A stretch of 64,000 nt of DNA from assembly GCA_047967505.1 (NCBI GenBank), contig CM106538.1; one strand, 5' to 3'. The notes under the pieces were generated by a model. That model had not been told where the DNA came from, did not search any database, and worked only from the letters and a program-made list of their open reading frames with translations. The DNA comes from Dipteris shenzhenensis (taxonomy: Eukaryota). The translations under genes and the position numbers were made by a program. How positions within the stretch are numbered: the first letter of the stretch is position 1; the number at the start of each line of letters is the position of its first letter. Of the stretch, positions 63,406 to 64,000 are shown piece by piece.

Positions 63406-64000
63406 AGCATATTCTATTCCCCTTGGGGACACTTCCTCTTCCCCTGGGCATTTGATAGAGCCCTTGCCATTTTTCACACAAGAAGTAAGTTTGAGGGGGA
63501 GCTGAACAGTAGCCTGGGGGTCCATCCGCATACATAAGTGGTCAATACCCTAATCCTGTAAGATGAGACCTAGGTCATCCTATCGAGATATCCAAATCGT
63601 GCCTATCCTTCCTCAACTTAAAAAGAAGGCATTTAAAAACTATAGTCTTTATTGAAGCCATCAATGTACATTTTCTGAGCATGATTAAATAGATAAACCA
63701 TTTAGGGTGAAGACTACTCTAGGCTATCCTTCTTTTGGATTGGTTCTGCACCTCCTTAGCTATCCTAAAAAGAGAAGATTTAGTAATTTCACTTTTAGTT
63801 GTAAGGGGATTTGTAACAACGATTATCCCTATGATGGCTTAGAGGCCATGGAGAGGTTTGGATCATGTGTCTAAGAACAAGAAAAGACAAATGCTACACT
63901 CAACGAAAACTACACGATTGGGGCTTCATCTTCAAAAGCTGACCAAGGACACTCAACTTCATGTTTGCTAACTTTCCATTTGAAGAAAAATTACCAATGG

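Overview
Eukaryotic land-plant genomic DNA that is very rich in transposable elements; the long TE-filled intron suggests a large-genome plant, possibly a fern, but that is inference only. Two apparently intact host genes are present. The first is a minus-strand vacuolar glucose transporter (VGT / D-xylose-proton symporter-like, MFS) gene: coding exons at 34797-34697, 34604-34526, 2090-2031, 1866-1800 and 1652-1528, continuing beyond position 1, with a 32,435-bp second coding intron. The second is a plus-strand RAMP4/SERP1 gene (68 aa; exons 58122-58124, 58592-58748, 58859-58905). The giant intron holds a resolvable nest of LTR retrotransposons with target-site duplications: a gag-only mini-Copia (A, 7854-24630) that carries a Copia (B, 9124-14427) and a near-intact, very young chromodomain Ty3/gypsy with a tRNA-Glu primer-binding site (C, 15451-24248); a decayed gypsy (D) that carries a hairpin-array solo LTR and a young 2.2-kb non-autonomous element (E, 30328-32542); plus LINE and solo-LTR debris. 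Between the two genes lie an intron-containing Pumilio pseudogene, AT-rich DNA, LINE fragments and a decayed Copia with a solo LTR containing 178-bp repeats. The most unusual signals are the tRNA-Glu PBS, a dense (T)GTACGG SBP-site-like array in a Copia leader, an array of covarying mini-hairpins, and a tandemly duplicated in-frame exon with its own splice sites. No prokaryotic systems such as CRISPR are supported. All comparisons were made by eye.
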